Positions 48,735-59,666 of a stretch of DNA of 64,000 nucleotides are shown one piece after another. This DNA comes from a bacterium. Lineage in GTDB: Bacteria; SAR324; NAC60-12. Within the stretch, counting starts at the first letter, position 1. Each line of letters starts with the position of its first letter. The DNA lies in contig CBDDTI010000746.1 in the NCBI GenBank assembly GCA_965233585.1, positions 352,001 through 416,000 on the forward strand, read 5' to 3'. Made by a program: the position numbers and the translations under genes. Under the pieces are notes generated by a model. The model worked only from the letters and a program-made list of their open reading frames with translations. It did not search any database and was not told where the DNA came from.

Positions 48735-50690
48735 ATGACTGAACGAATAAAAAAATATGTTCCTATCCAACCACAGCTAGGGGTTTGTTACTACCCTGAA
48801 CACTGCTCTTCTCAGTTGTGGCAATCTGATGCCCAACGCATGAAAGAACTCGGTTTGCAATGGGTGAGAATTGGAGAGTTTGCATGGAGTAGGCTTGAAC
48901 CCCAAAAGCAGAAGTTTCAGTTGGAATGGCTTGACGAAGTCATTGAGATTTTAGGGAATGCCAATTTAAAGGTGATTCTAGGGACTCCTACTGCCACTCC
49001 CCCAAAATGGATTCTTGAAGAATATCCAGAAATGTTAGCAAAAGACAGTCATGGTCAAGTCAGAAAATTTGGTTCAAGAAGACATTACTGTTTTTCGCAT
49101 GAAGGTTATCAAAAAGAGTGCAAACGCATTGTAGAAATACTTGCCAAACGTTATGGCAAGAATCCTCATATTTCAGCATGGCAAATTGACAATGAGTTTG
49201 GTTGCCATGACACAACCCTGTCTTACAGTGATTCTGCATTGCATGCTTTTAGACTTTGGTTACAAGAACGTTATGAGGCCATTGAGAAACTGAATGAATC
49301 TTGGGGGAATGTGTTTTGGTCTATGGAATATCAAAATTTTCAGCAAGTTGAGCTGCCTCATCAAACAACCACAGAGGCAAACCCTGCCCATTGGCTAGAT
49401 TTTAGAAGATTCTCATCAGACCAAGTCATTCGTTTTAATCGTCTGCAAGTTGAAATTTTGAAGCAACACACGCAAGCCCCAATTTTGCATAACTTCATGG
49501 GGAAAGAGCTGGGATTTGATCATTTTAAAATAGGCAAAGACTTAGACATTGCCAGTTGGGATAGCTATCCGCTCGGCTTTCTATCAACATTTTTTGGACG
49601 ACAAACACGCTATCAAAAACATGCTCAACAATTCATGCGACAAGGAGAACCTGATTTTCAAGACTTTCACCATAGTCTTTACAAAAGTGTTGGAAGCGGA
49701 AGATGTTGGGTCATGGAACAACAGCCCGGTCCTGTGAATTGGGCATCGCACAATCCAATTCCCTTGCCGGGCATGGTGCGTTTGTGGACAATAGAAGCCT
49801 TTGTCAGTGGTGTAGAAGTGGTGAGTTACTTCCGTTGGAGACAAGCAAGATTCGCTCAAGAACAAATGCACACAGGGCTTTTGTATTTTGACAATACCTC
49901 CTCTCCCGTTTTGGAAGAAATCAAACAGGTCACCCAAGACCTTCAAACCTTAAAAACGATTGAGCCTCGTCAAAATCCTGTGGCAATCATCTTTGACTAT
50001 GAATCAGCGTGGGCGTGGCAAACTCAACCACAAGGAGCAAATTTTGACTACTTTAGCTTAGCCTTTGAGTTTTACAAAGCACTCAGGTCTTTGGGAGTCA
50101 ATGCCGATTTGGTTTCTACCGAATGCACAAATTTAAAAGATTACAAAATGCTCATTGTCCCTGCCTTGATGCAGCTTAAAAAAAACTTTAAACAATCTTT
50201 GTTAGCGTACGATGGTATTCTGCTCATGGGACCACGGACAGGTTCTAAAGATGAGTGTTTTCACACAGCACAAATGCCTTTAAATGATTTTGGAATTGAT
50301 GCTGAAATTGGCTGGGTAGAAAGTTGGGGTGATGAGGCTAACCTTCCTTTGCAAAATGGTGGTCAAGTGGTGAAATGGTTGGAACATATCAGAGTCGGTC
50401 ACCAGTTGAAGCCAGAACAAATCATAGAGACTACACAGTGCCAAAAGCCTGTTTTATTGGGAAGTCAAAATCGGTTTTACCTCACAGGTTGGTTAGATGA
50501 AAAAGCCCTCAAACGCATTTTAAAAGAGTTGTCTCAAAACATTGGAATCCCCTTGTATGATTTGCCAGAAGGGTTAAGAATGACAGAAACAGCCACGCAT
50601 CGCTTCCTTTTCAATTACAACGCAACTCCTATAACATACCAACAGCACACCATTCCATCTGCTGACTTTCTCATACAACCTCTTGACTGA
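48735..50690 (+). CDS. Beta-galactosidase, GH42
   Basis: GVCYYPEH, RIGEFAWS, WQIDNE (acid/base), WDSYP, VMEQQPGPVNW (nucleophile), EQMHTG. Confidence 0.93.
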   Translation: MTERIKKYVPIQPQLGVCYYPEHCSSQLWQSDAQRMKELGLQWVRIGEFAWSRLEPQKQKFQLEWLDEVIEILGNANLKVILGTPTATPPKWILEEYPEMLAKDSHGQVRKFGSRRHYCFSHEGYQKECKRIVEILAKRYGKNPHISAWQIDNEFGCHDTTLSYSDSALHAFRLWLQERYEAIEKLNESWGNVFWSMEYQNFQQVELPHQTTTEANPAHWLDFRRFSSDQVIRFNRLQVEILKQHTQAPILHNFMGKELGFDHFKIGKDLDIASWDSYPLGFLSTFFGRQTRYQKHAQQFMRQGEPDFQDFHHSLYKSVGSGRCWVMEQQPGPVNWASHNPIPLPGMVRLWTIEAFVSGVEVVSYFRWRQARFAQEQMHTGLLYFDNTSSPVLEEIKQVTQDLQTLKTIEPRQNPVAIIFDYESAWAWQTQPQGANFDYFSLAFEFYKALRSLGVNADLVSTECTNLKDYKMLIVPALMQLKKNFKQSLLAYDGILLMGPRTGSKDECFHTAQMPLNDFGIDAEIGWVESWGDEANLPLQNGGQVVKWLEHIRVGHQLKPEQIIETTQCQKPVLLGSQNRFYLTGWLDEKALKRILKELSQNIGIPLYDLPEGLRMTETATHRFLFNYNATPITYQQHTIPSADFLIQPLD

Positions 50691-50702
50691 ACACCTCTTC
50701 TG

Positions 50703-51773
50703 ATGAAACCAAAAATGTCTGGAATACAGTTAAATCATCTTTTTAAGAATTTTGGAAAAACAGCAGTGATTCAGGGGGTTGAGATTGAGATTGAGGAGGG
50801 AGAATTTTGTGTTTTTGTCGGTCCTTCTGGCTGTGGAAAATCTACCTTATTGCGAATGATTGCAGGTTTGGAAGAGATAGACGATGGGGATATTTTGATT
50901 GACGGCTTAAAAGTCAATGATGTTGAACCAGCACAGCGGGGAGTTGCAATGGTTTTTCAATCCTATGCTCTTTACCCACATATGAACGTTGAGCAAAACA
51001 TGGGATTTGGTTTAAAAATGAACAAAGTCCCTGCAAAAGAAATCTCTCAAAAAGTGCAACGTGCCGCTGAAATCTTGAGGCTGACACCGTATCTGAAACG
51101 GAAACCCAAAGCACTCTCTGGTGGACAGAAGCAACGTGTGGCGATTGGTCGTGCCATTGTCAGAGGTTCTAAAGTCTTTTTGTTTGACGAACCCTTGTCT
51201 AATCTTGATGCAGAGTTGCGCGTGGAGATGCGGACAGAATTAGCCAGATTGCACAATGAACTCCAAATCACCATGATTTATGTGACCCATGACCAAGTGG
51301 AAGCCATGACGTTAGCAGATAAAATCGTGGTCTTGAGAGGCGGGAAGGTAGAACAAACTGGCTCTCCAATGGAGTTGTACAAAAATCCAGACAATCAGTT
51401 TGTTGCAGGCTTCATTGGCTCACCTTCAATGAACTTCATTAAAGCCTTTCAATATCTTCAAGGGGTTACAATTCCTGCCTTCTCCAATCAAGAAATCACA
51501 ATGAACCTCTCCCAGTGCGAAGAAAAACGGGAAGTGACCTTTGGAATGAGACCAGAACATTTAAGCCTGACCGAAGGCAATGACTGGACTGTAGAATTGA
51601 TAGAAAGATTAGGCGGTGTGGGTTATGTTTATTTGGTTTCCAAAACTCAGGAACGAATTACTGTGGAAATCAAAGGAGAAAGTGATGTGCAAAAAGGGCA
51701 AAAAGTGGGAATACTCCTGAATCAAGAGCATGCTTTTCTCTTTGACCCAAAGACTGAAGCACGAATCCGATAA
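50703..51773 (+). CDS. Sugar ABC ATP-binding protein (MalK/MsmK-like)
   Basis: [37 protein letters not shown] tail. Confidence 0.93.
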   Translation: MKPKMSGIQLNHLFKNFGKTAVIQGVEIEIEEGEFCVFVGPSGCGKSTLLRMIAGLEEIDDGDILIDGLKVNDVEPAQRGVAMVFQSYALYPHMNVEQNMGFGLKMNKVPAKEISQKVQRAAEILRLTPYLKRKPKALSGGQKQRVAIGRAIVRGSKVFLFDEPLSNLDAELRVEMRTELARLHNELQITMIYVTHDQVEAMTLADKIVVLRGGKVEQTGSPMELYKNPDNQFVAGFIGSPSMNFIKAFQYLQGVTIPAFSNQEITMNLSQCEEKREVTFGMRPEHLSLTEGNDWTVELIERLGGVGYVYLVSKTQERITVEIKGESDVQKGQKVGILLNQEHAFLFDPKTEARIR

Positions 51774-51856
51774 AATAAAATTATTTCCTTCAAATATCCT
51801 TCACTTAGTTTGATTGAAACTTCAATAAACTCTGTTCCTAAGAGTGAGCTTTGACA

Positions 51857-52714
51857 ATGGTTAAGTCCAATATTGTTCATACACTTGATGTTTTAAAATT
51901 CCTTGAACGTCTCAAAGGGGAGAGTCTATTTGATTTAATCATCATAGACCCGCCATATAACATTGGTCAAGATTTTGGAAACAATCAGGATCATCTATCC
52001 ATCAATGACTATGTGGATTGGAGTCTCAAATATCTTAAAGAATGCTTTAGGCTGATTAAGCCATCTGTTCCTATTTATGTTTATGGTTATCCTGAAATTT
52101 TGGCTCATATTGCAATCCATTATCCAATCAGTCACCAGCGATGGCTTGTTTGGCATTATACTAATAAAACAGTGCCTTCCAGTCGGTTTTGGCAACGAAG
52201 CCATGAAAGTCTTTTGTGTTTGTGGAAAGATGATAAACCTAAACTCATGGTAGATCGCATCAGAGAAGACTATACAGAAAATTTTTTAAAGAATGCTGCT
52301 GGTAAAGTTAGAAAGAGCAAAGACTGTAGATACAGTAAGGGACGTTCGCAAACGATCTATCAAGCACATCAAAACGGAGCATTGCCGAGAGATGTCATCA
52401 AAATTCCTGCTCTGGCAGGTGGTTCAGGTGTAGAAAGAGTGTCCTATTGTAAAAGCTGTAACAAGATTGTTTTAGGGCAAGAGAGGCATCAGCATACCGA
52501 TTGCGAAACAATCAGACATCCAACTCAAAAACCAACTAAATTAACAGAAAAGCTGATCAAAGGTAGCAATCCTCATAATCTATTGATCCCCTTTGCAGGA
52601 ACGGGATCGGAGTGTGTTGTTGCTAAAAAACATGGAGTCACCTTCTATGCAACTGAGATTAACCCTGAATATGTCAACATGGCAAATCAATGGATACAAA
52701 CAATATGGATATGA
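51857..52714 (+). CDS. Beta-class N6/N4 DNA methyltransferase with Cys/His insert
   Basis: IIDPPY near N-terminus, HPTQKP, PFAGTG near C-terminus; CKSC..H..C insert. Confidence 0.9.
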   Translation: MVKSNIVHTLDVLKFLERLKGESLFDLIIIDPPYNIGQDFGNNQDHLSINDYVDWSLKYLKECFRLIKPSVPIYVYGYPEILAHIAIHYPISHQRWLVWHYTNKTVPSSRFWQRSHESLLCLWKDDKPKLMVDRIREDYTENFLKNAAGKVRKSKDCRYSKGRSQTIYQAHQNGALPRDVIKIPALAGGSGVERVSYCKSCNKIVLGQERHQHTDCETIRHPTQKPTKLTEKLIKGSNPHNLLIPFAGTGSECVVAKKHGVTFYATEINPEYVNMANQWIQTIWI

Positions 52715-53388
52715 ACAAGCTAGAAGAATTTAATCAATTTTTATCAAAAATTGACTTGAAAAAGTATAGGGATAAATATTCAAAAATAAAACTGGTTGAG
52801 TTAGATTTACCAAGAGACATTCAAGCCATTCCATTTTTATACAAACATTATTGGGAGGAGTTTAAGTTACTTGATTATGATGATTTTTATCAAAATTATA
52901 TGACTTCACTAGAAAGAAAGTTAGAAGAATTTAGACGAAGGCAAATGTTTAGTGAAGAAACTTTTTATAGAGGGCTACCAGCTAGAATATACAGAACTTG
53001 GGCTTCTTTGCTCACACAAATTCAAGGTGGTTATGTTGCTCAATCTATCTATCCACGAGTAGAAATGTCAGCGGAATTAGATTATAACGGCATTGATATG
53101 AGAATATATCCTGAAGGGAATCCTGAAAGTTATATCAACATACAGATAAAGAAAGAAACTGTCAGTAGGGAGGTCAGGACTGCATGGGTTGGACTCAAAA
53201 GAGGTGAACAAATCACTAATATTACTTACGAAGTCACACCTTATTCGAGTTTGACTCCAACAGGCAAAGAGTGTATGCCTTATAAAAGGTGGCAAGAACG
53301 TTGGAAAAACAAATTAATCAAACTAGATAATGGATTTATTATTTTTTTACCAGAAATGTTTTATATAGATTACATCAAAACTGCTTAG
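52711..53388 (+). CDS. TaqI-family type II restriction endonuclease
   Basis: F.QFL..IDL..Y..KY..IK.VE.DLP, LY.HYW, GL.AR.YRT, ELD..GID, IQIKKET, L.NGF.IF resemble R.TaqI as recalled; ATG 52711 overlaps the MTase stop (ATGA). Confidence 0.8.
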   Translation: MNKLEEFNQFLSKIDLKKYRDKYSKIKLVELDLPRDIQAIPFLYKHYWEEFKLLDYDDFYQNYMTSLERKLEEFRRRQMFSEETFYRGLPARIYRTWASLLTQIQGGYVAQSIYPRVEMSAELDYNGIDMRIYPEGNPESYINIQIKKETVSREVRTAWVGLKRGEQITNITYEVTPYSSLTPTGKECMPYKRWQERWKNKLIKLDNGFIIFLPEMFYIDYIKTA

Positions 53389-53468
53389 CCTCTCTCATTC
53401 TTTTTTGAATTTTTATAAAAATAGTTGTTCCTCACCACCCTCAATCATAAATCATACGAAGGTCAGTC

Positions 53469-54575
53469 ATGGCAACACTTCAATTAAAAAACATTCACAA
53501 ATCGTTTCAAGGCACTGATGTCATTCGTGGCGTAGATTTAGACGTCAAAGACAAGGAATTTGTTGTCTTTGTAGGACCTTCAGGTTGTGGGAAATCCACG
53601 CTGTTGCGTATGATTGCAGGTTTGGAAGATGCCACCAGCGGAGAAATTTGGATTGATGGCGAGTGTGTCAATGAACTTGCCCCCATCAAACGTAAGATTG
53701 CTATGGTGTTTCAATCATACGCACTTTATCCGCACATGACCGTCTTTGACAACATTGCTTTTCCACTAAACATTGAAAAACGACCAAAGTCAGAGATTAA
53801 GGGAAAAGTAGAAGAAGTGGCAGAATCTTTAAAACTGACAGACCGCCTTGCACACAAGCCCGGTCAACTTTCAGGGGGACAACGTCAAAGAGTGGCGATT
53901 GGAAGAGCGATTGTCCGCAAACCTAAAATTTTCTTGTTTGATGAACCTCTTTCTAACTTAGATGCCGCTTTGCGAATTGACATGCGTCTTGAGTTGCAGG
54001 AACTCCATGAACGTCTGCAATCTACCATGATTTACGTGACCCATGACCAAGTAGAAGCCATGACGATGGCAGACCAAATTGTTGTCCTGAAAGATGGCAT
54101 TGTGGAGCAATCTGGCTCTTCTATGGAACTTTATCATCAACCTGCAAACCAGTTTGTTGCCACCTTCATTGGAGCGCCAGCTATGAATTTGATAGAAGGC
54201 ACTTGTACAGAAGTCAAGTCAAACTCTGTCAAAATCCGTTTAGATGACATAGGAGAATGGGATTTGCCTGTGGATTCGCAAAAGGTACAAGTTGGAGAAA
54301 AGCTGACTTTAGGGATTCGCCCTGAAAATGCAGGACATTCATCAGGAGAATGTCAGCTTCAGTTCAATGTTGGAATTTTAGAACGTCTGGGGTCGCACAC
54401 GGTTTGTCATGGGACACTTGGAAAGACGACCCATAAATTTTGTGCAGTGTTAGAAACCAGCGATCGTGTCAAAACAGGAGAGGACATGAACATTTCCTTT
54501 AAACCAAGTGATGCTCATCTTTTCAACAAATCGGGACAATCTTTGACACGATTGGAAGTTCCAATTTCTTTGTGA
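53469..54575 (+). CDS. Second sugar ABC ATP-binding protein
   Basis: [29 protein letters not shown] tail. Confidence 0.93.
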   Translation: MATLQLKNIHKSFQGTDVIRGVDLDVKDKEFVVFVGPSGCGKSTLLRMIAGLEDATSGEIWIDGECVNELAPIKRKIAMVFQSYALYPHMTVFDNIAFPLNIEKRPKSEIKGKVEEVAESLKLTDRLAHKPGQLSGGQRQRVAIGRAIVRKPKIFLFDEPLSNLDAALRIDMRLELQELHERLQSTMIYVTHDQVEAMTMADQIVVLKDGIVEQSGSSMELYHQPANQFVATFIGAPAMNLIEGTCTEVKSNSVKIRLDDIGEWDLPVDSQKVQVGEKLTLGIRPENAGHSSGECQLQFNVGILERLGSHTVCHGTLGKTTHKFCAVLETSDRVKTGEDMNISFKPSDAHLFNKSGQSLTRLEVPISL

Positions 54576-54591
54576 AAAACTTCACATGACC

Positions 54592-55449
54592 TCAAAATAA
54601 GTCTTCAATCACTTGCATCGTGTCAAGAGCATGTTGCAGTGCGTTGGGATGAGTCAGCAATTTTTTCCAAGTTTTTTTTTCTACTTCGTTGATTTGATAC
54701 TTGCCTGAAAGGCTTACAGACAATTCACCATACTGACCTTTTAACCCATCATCAAGATTGTATTGAATCTCTAATATTTTCATTTTGCTGTCAAAATATT
54801 TTTTTGCCACTTCTTCAAAAAAGGGCTTCACGGCTGCATAATGTGTGCAAGCAAGCAAGCCATAGATCACCTGACCATGCGTTGACTGATTGAAGCCTGT
54901 CATTTTCTGCTTGGTCAACTGCATTGCCTCATCAATCTTTGCTTTGATTTTTGTTGAATCTCCTGCCGATATACAGCTTGCTAAACCTTGACATGCAATA
55001 GAAATGACCCTTTCTTCTGTGATTCCAAATGACTCTAACATGCTTGGGTAAATCCCTTCATTTGCGGTGGTTTCTGTGGAAAAAAACACAGCAAGAGCAT
55101 CAGAGTTTTCTTGTAATCTAGGAAAAATGTGTTTCGTCCCTTCTTCAACAACACTCCAAATGATTTTTTGATTAAATTGCAGTTGGACATGCGGGAGTAA
55201 AGCGGCAAGAGAGTTACATGCTAGCAAGATGCGTGTTGGCTGATAACGTGCAGCGACAGCATTGAGGGCATTTTCAAAGGTTTGAACTTGAACGTGGCGT
55301 GGCATCTGGTTGTATCCTTGTTCGTGTGAGGGAGCAAGATTGACATACTGGACGCATGCCCCTGCGTTTAGGTTTTGTAATTGTGTCATCACACTTGCTG
55401 TAATGAGCAACCCTCCCCAACCTGAATCTATGATGAGAACTTGTGGCAT
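54592..55449 (-). CDS. Glutamate/aspartate racemase family protein (MurI-like)
   Basis: DSGWGG, ACNS, ACTHY two-cysteine motifs. Confidence 0.75.
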   Translation of the reverse strand: MPQVLIIDSGWGGLLITASVMTQLQNLNAGACVQYVNLAPSHEQGYNQMPRHVQVQTFENALNAVAARYQPTRILLACNSLAALLPHVQLQFNQKIIWSVVEEGTKHIFPRLQENSDALAVFFSTETTANEGIYPSMLESFGITEERVISIACQGLASCISAGDSTKIKAKIDEAMQLTKQKMTGFNQSTHGQVIYGLLACTHYAAVKPFFEEVAKKYFDSKMKILEIQYNLDDGLKGQYGELSVSLSGKYQINEVEKKTWKKLLTHPNALQHALDTMQVIEDLF

Positions 55450-56204
55450 GATTTTTTTTGAGACTTTGCAAGCTGTTCTTCTACACGAGCCAAGTCTTCA
55501 GGAGTATCTACTCCGATCGTGTCTTGTGTTGCTACCGTGCAAAAAATATCCAAATCATTTTCCAAAAACCTGAGCTGTTCCAGTTGTTCAGTTTGTTCAA
55601 GATGAGAAGGAGACCATCTAGCATATTGCTTCAAAACGTCTTGATGATAACAATAAACCCCAAAATGTTTGTAAAGGAACGGGGCAGGATTTCTTTGAAA
55701 TGGAATTGCAGAACGTGAAAAATACAATGCCCGATTTTTCAAGGACAACACAACTTTGACAACATGGGGGCTTTGAAGCTCTTCTTTTGATTGAATAGGG
55801 TAAATCAAAGTTCCCATCATGGGCTGACCAGAAGACTGGAATTGATGTAAAGTTTGTTCTACAAGTGATTGTAAATCTTGGGGAGAAATGAGAGGTTCAT
55901 CGCCTTGTACATTGAGTATCCAATCGGCTTGGTAACGTTCCATGACTTCAATCATACGTTCTGTGCCAGAGACACAATGGGGGCTGGTCATCTCTGCAAT
56001 GCCTCCAAAATCCTTGACAGCCTCAGCAATTTCTTCTGTATCAGTTGCCACAATGACTTGATTTTGATGTTGCGAAAACAAAGGCACTTGCCTGACACGT
56101 TCGTAAACGTGTTGAATCATCGGCTTGCCCAAAATAGTCTTCAAAGGTTTGCCCAAAAAACGCGTGGACTGGTAACGTGCAGGAATGACAGCAATGATTT
56201 TCAT
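55428..56204 (-). CDS. kdsB: 3-deoxy-manno-octulosonate cytidylyltransferase
   Basis: IPARYQSTRFLGKPL, SGTER, NVQGDEP, LYFSRS, EQLEQLR, VDTPEDL. Confidence 0.95.
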   Translation of the reverse strand: MKIIAVIPARYQSTRFLGKPLKTILGKPMIQHVYERVRQVPLFSQHQNQVIVATDTEEIAEAVKDFGGIAEMTSPHCVSGTERMIEVMERYQADWILNVQGDEPLISPQDLQSLVEQTLHQFQSSGQPMMGTLIYPIQSKEELQSPHVVKVVLSLKNRALYFSRSAIPFQRNPAPFLYKHFGVYCYHQDVLKQYARWSPSHLEQTEQLEQLRFLENDLDIFCTVATQDTIGVDTPEDLARVEEQLAKSQKKSCHKFSS

Positions 56205-56686
56205 ATTTGGTATGGTTTGGGAAACACTTTTACAAAATACTCTAGCACCAGTTCTGAATTTTCATCAAATGCAATCCCCATGTTCTTTGCTTCATTTTTG
56301 AAAAAATTGATGTGTGATGTTCTCCACCACTCATAAGTCCCATCACCTTCTCCTTCCAACGTAGCAAATTCAGGAGGCACTTCATTAAATTGACAAATTT
56401 TGACATCAGTTAATTTCACAACACAAACAGGACTTTGCTCCCAGTTCAAAACAACAATCAGGTCATTCACTTTTGGAATAGGCTGATTTTCAATGTCATA
56501 CACAGCTTTCAGACCACAAGAGGCTTGTTTAACTTCATGGTCAATGAGTTTTGCACACTCGTTTGCATTGTCTTCATCATCGCAAAAATGTTCTGCGACC
56601 ACTTTTGAAGATGAGAAAGTGCCTTGTTCTTTGAAATTCAATGTCTTAAGGTAACAATGCAAAAATTCTTGTTGTTCTGGAGTCAT
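56201..56686 (-). CDS. ASCH-domain protein
   Basis: ANECAKLI...KQASC, FATLEGEGDGTYEWWR..H..FF. Confidence 0.85.
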   Translation of the reverse strand: MTPEQQEFLHCYLKTLNFKEQGTFSSSKVVAEHFCDDEDNANECAKLIDHEVKQASCGLKAVYDIENQPIPKVNDLIVVLNWEQSPVCVVKLTDVKICQFNEVPPEFATLEGEGDGTYEWWRTSHINFFKNEAKNMGIAFDENSELVLEYFVKVFPKPYQI

Positions 56687-56728
56687 CTTGTTGACTGGTT
56701 TAGAAAGGCAATTTGCAAAATTGACATA

Positions 56729-58906
56729 TTATTTTGAATTGAAACTTTCAGGCATCAGCCAATTCTTTTGTTCAAAAATAGTTTTGGGGAGGTAAAAAGT
56801 TTGTTGAGTTTTGAGCTTGGGCTGACTAATGACTTCCTCCCATGAAATGGAGTCAATGAGAAAATAAGGTAAGGTTCTATTCGGCTGAAGGTTCTTTTGT
56901 TCCGACTCAAAGGGTGTCCCCTTGCAATCTAACTTTCCTTGACACAGAAGACCTAATAAATCAGCATTACTTAAAAAAGAGTTGTCTTGTCTGAGACTTC
57001 CTTGACCTCCTGCACGTTTCACCATCATTAACGCATTCATTCTGGAAAAGTCAGGGTATTCTGAATCTTTCCAACGGTCTGATTTCATATCTTTCCCTGT
57101 CCCTTCTAGTCCATGGTCTGAAAGGATGATGATTTCTGTATTGTCATAAATGTTGTTTTTTTGAAGCCACTGAATCCACTGAAGAATTGCTAAAAAGCTA
57201 CATTGAGCCGCATAGTAGGTGTTCTTGCCACTACTAAAATTGGTAAATTGGGGGTCAGGATATTGAGAAAGCAAAGGAATACAATCTTGACTCATAATAT
57301 TGGGAACATGAGTTAAATTATTCTGAAAAAACTTAAAAGTTTTGCCAATTTCTTTGATTTTAGGTGTTTGAGAAAGTGACTGCAAAAATGCCCAACTTGC
57401 AGAACGTGACCTGTAATGACCTGAAAACTTTCTAATCCCAAGCCACTTCCCGTGATTGTAAATTTGTTCTTTCCAGACAAAAGGGGCTACCCGAAACAGA
57501 GCTAAAGCCACCAAAATTTGTGCTTCATTGTATTCAGGTATTTCTTGCCTGTCTTTTTGTTGATTCCAAAAACTTGAGTAATCTTCTTCAAGTTGGCAAG
57601 CAACGCCTTTTTGCCTCATCTGATAGCAATTTCCATCAGAGGCGTAGTAATACTGAGGTCCTACAAAAGAAATTTCGTAGCCTTTTTGCTTCAAAGAATC
57701 AATCAACGTGTCATAAGCATCATTTAATGTGTGAATCAATGTTTGTTCAGTTTGAAGTTGGTTGACCTGTTCTGGTGTATATTGCCAGCCTCCAACTAAA
57801 GAACCAATGCTTCCAAGAGTGGTGTCTGAAATAGAAAGAGTTTGAGGGTACCACACAAAGCCTTGTAATTCTTCTTTCCAACTCGGATGATCATTTAAAA
57901 CCTCAAGGAACAAACCACTTGAAAGCATGTCAAGCATCAAGACAACGACATTCGTTTCATCTTTAGAAAAACTGATGATTTGCTCATGGTCTTGAGGTAA
58001 AAAACTTGGGGAATCTTCAACCTGTTGAATTGGAATGGGAGAGTAATTGACCAAAGCCCAAGCCGTTTGCCAAATGGTAGAGACGTGAAACACAATCAAA
58101 ATGATGAGAGCAATATGAGCTTTGAATCTTAGCAAAACGCAACTAGCATAAAACAAAATGACGACAACACACGCCTCCAAAATATAAAACAAAGAGCTTT
58201 TATGAAGTGCCTGTAAATTCAGTATAAACAACTGGTCTAAACCACCAAAGTTTTCCTTGAAAAGAAAAGCATAGAAAAAAACAACAAACGCACAAAAAAC
58301 ACTGACTTTGGATAAAAAAGCACGATAGGTCAAAAAACAACACAGGACAAGGGTCAAAATAATTCCAAAGCCAAACAAGTTGGAAACGATGACTTCACCT
58401 AAACTTTTCTGAAACTCATAAGGAGAGGAAAGATAAAACCAAATAGGCAAGTGGATAAAAATTAAGCTCACAACATAAGTCACTGACAAGACAATCAGGG
58501 CTATTTGATGATGAAAGATGACTTGCTTGTTTCTAATTGATTTCACCAAGAGAGGCATCAACAAAAATGCTCCAAGTAATTGAAGGATAAATAATTTTTC
58601 TCTTAAAATGAATATCGCAGAAAGCATGTTCAATATTCTACTGCCAACTAAAACGATGGACAGAACGTAAAGACCAATGAAACTCAATCCAATCAATCGG
58701 ATGTACTTCTTTGAAATTCCCTGTTTCCAAAGATAGAACAGTGTCACAAGATTCAGAATTGTCAATACAAGTAAAGCAAAGTTTAAAACTTCCCAAATCG
58801 TCGGCTTAGCAATATTTGTATATGCCGCAAAAAGAAAAAGAAGCACGCCATACACTCCAAGCAGAAGATGAGGAATAATTTTGTTGAATGGGAGAGTCAT
58901 CTTCAT
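56729..58906 (-). CDS. Multi-TM membrane protein with C-terminal sulfatase/alkaline-phosphatase-fold domain
   Basis: About 9 TM segments then NVVVLMLDM, THVP, YDNTEIIILSDHG. Confidence 0.7.
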   Translation of the reverse strand: MKMTLPFNKIIPHLLLGVYGVLLFLFAAYTNIAKPTIWEVLNFALLVLTILNLVTLFYLWKQGISKKYIRLIGLSFIGLYVLSIVLVGSRILNMLSAIFILREKLFILQLLGAFLLMPLLVKSIRNKQVIFHHQIALIVLSVTYVVSLIFIHLPIWFYLSSPYEFQKSLGEVIVSNLFGFGIILTLVLCCFLTYRAFLSKVSVFCAFVVFFYAFLFKENFGGLDQLFILNLQALHKSSLFYILEACVVVILFYASCVLLRFKAHIALIILIVFHVSTIWQTAWALVNYSPIPIQQVEDSPSFLPQDHEQIISFSKDETNVVVLMLDMLSSGLFLEVLNDHPSWKEELQGFVWYPQTLSISDTTLGSIGSLVGGWQYTPEQVNQLQTEQTLIHTLNDAYDTLIDSLKQKGYEISFVGPQYYYASDGNCYQMRQKGVACQLEEDYSSFWNQQKDRQEIPEYNEAQILVALALFRVAPFVWKEQIYNHGKWLGIRKFSGHYRSRSASWAFLQSLSQTPKIKEIGKTFKFFQNNLTHVPNIMSQDCIPLLSQYPDPQFTNFSSGKNTYYAAQCSFLAILQWIQWLQKNNIYDNTEIIILSDHGLEGTGKDMKSDRWKDSEYPDFSRMNALMMVKRAGGQGSLRQDNSFLSNADLLGLLCQGKLDCKGTPFESEQKNLQPNRTLPYFLIDSISWEEVISQPKLKTQQTFYLPKTIFEQKNWLMPESFNSK

Positions 58907-59666
58907 TGAATGCCAAAGTGTTCAGAATATACAGCACCTGCGGCATACAAGCCGTAAGCGGGGGCAGTCCTTCCACTTTGAGAACGGTCTTGACTTGCAA
59001 TCATTTGAGGAATAGATGCAACTGGAATCTTGCCTAAACCTACCTCAACCATGTGCCAACCATGATTCGCACCATGTGTTGTAAAAAAGAATTGGCTTGG
59101 ATTTCAATCGCATGTGTTGCAAAAGGGTGATGTGCTAATGGCTCAAGCCTGACATAGTCAATCTGTTTTAATGTTGAGGGAGAAGAACAGGCAGCAGCAC
59201 GAAATGCAGAACAATCATAACTTCCCTCAAGAAGTGTTGTTGCTTTTTGCATCAAATCAAAATCAAGGCGTTGTGAAAGATGCCAAGCATATTTCAGGCT
59301 GAAAGGGTTGGCGATTGGGGAGTTTTGAATCAGATAGCAATAACGTTTCTTGAGCGAGCTATGGCGTGCATGGAAATCATCGCTCACTTGCTTTGTTTTT
59401 TGAATGCGTATTGCTTGAGGTAGCAACCCATTGAGGGCATGAGACCACTTTTCTGGGGAAAGTGATTTTGTAGAGTGAAAGTTGGCATAAAAGAGTCTGG
59501 CATGAACTTGGGCGTCAGTACGCCCCGACCCATTGACTCTAATACGTCTCTGATGAATGGCAAAGAGAGCTTGTTCTAACTCTCTTTGAATGGTAGGAAC
59601 GTTGGGTTGAATTTGCCAACCGTGGTAATCAAAACCATCAAACGTCAAAGAAATCAGCCAGTTCAC
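58903..59666 (-). pseudogene. truA: tRNA pseudouridine synthase A, frameshifted near 59050 (real lesion or sequencing error)
   Basis: GSGRTDAQVHA, FHARHS, FLQHMVRIMVGT; C-terminus VEVGLGK..TAPAYGLY lies in another frame and ends at TGA 58903-58905. Confidence 0.85.

Noticed and set aside
50703..54575. Two ABC ATPases as a long target duplication made by RM insertion
   Set aside because: They are clearly diverged, especially in the C-terminal TOBE regions, so they are old paralogues.
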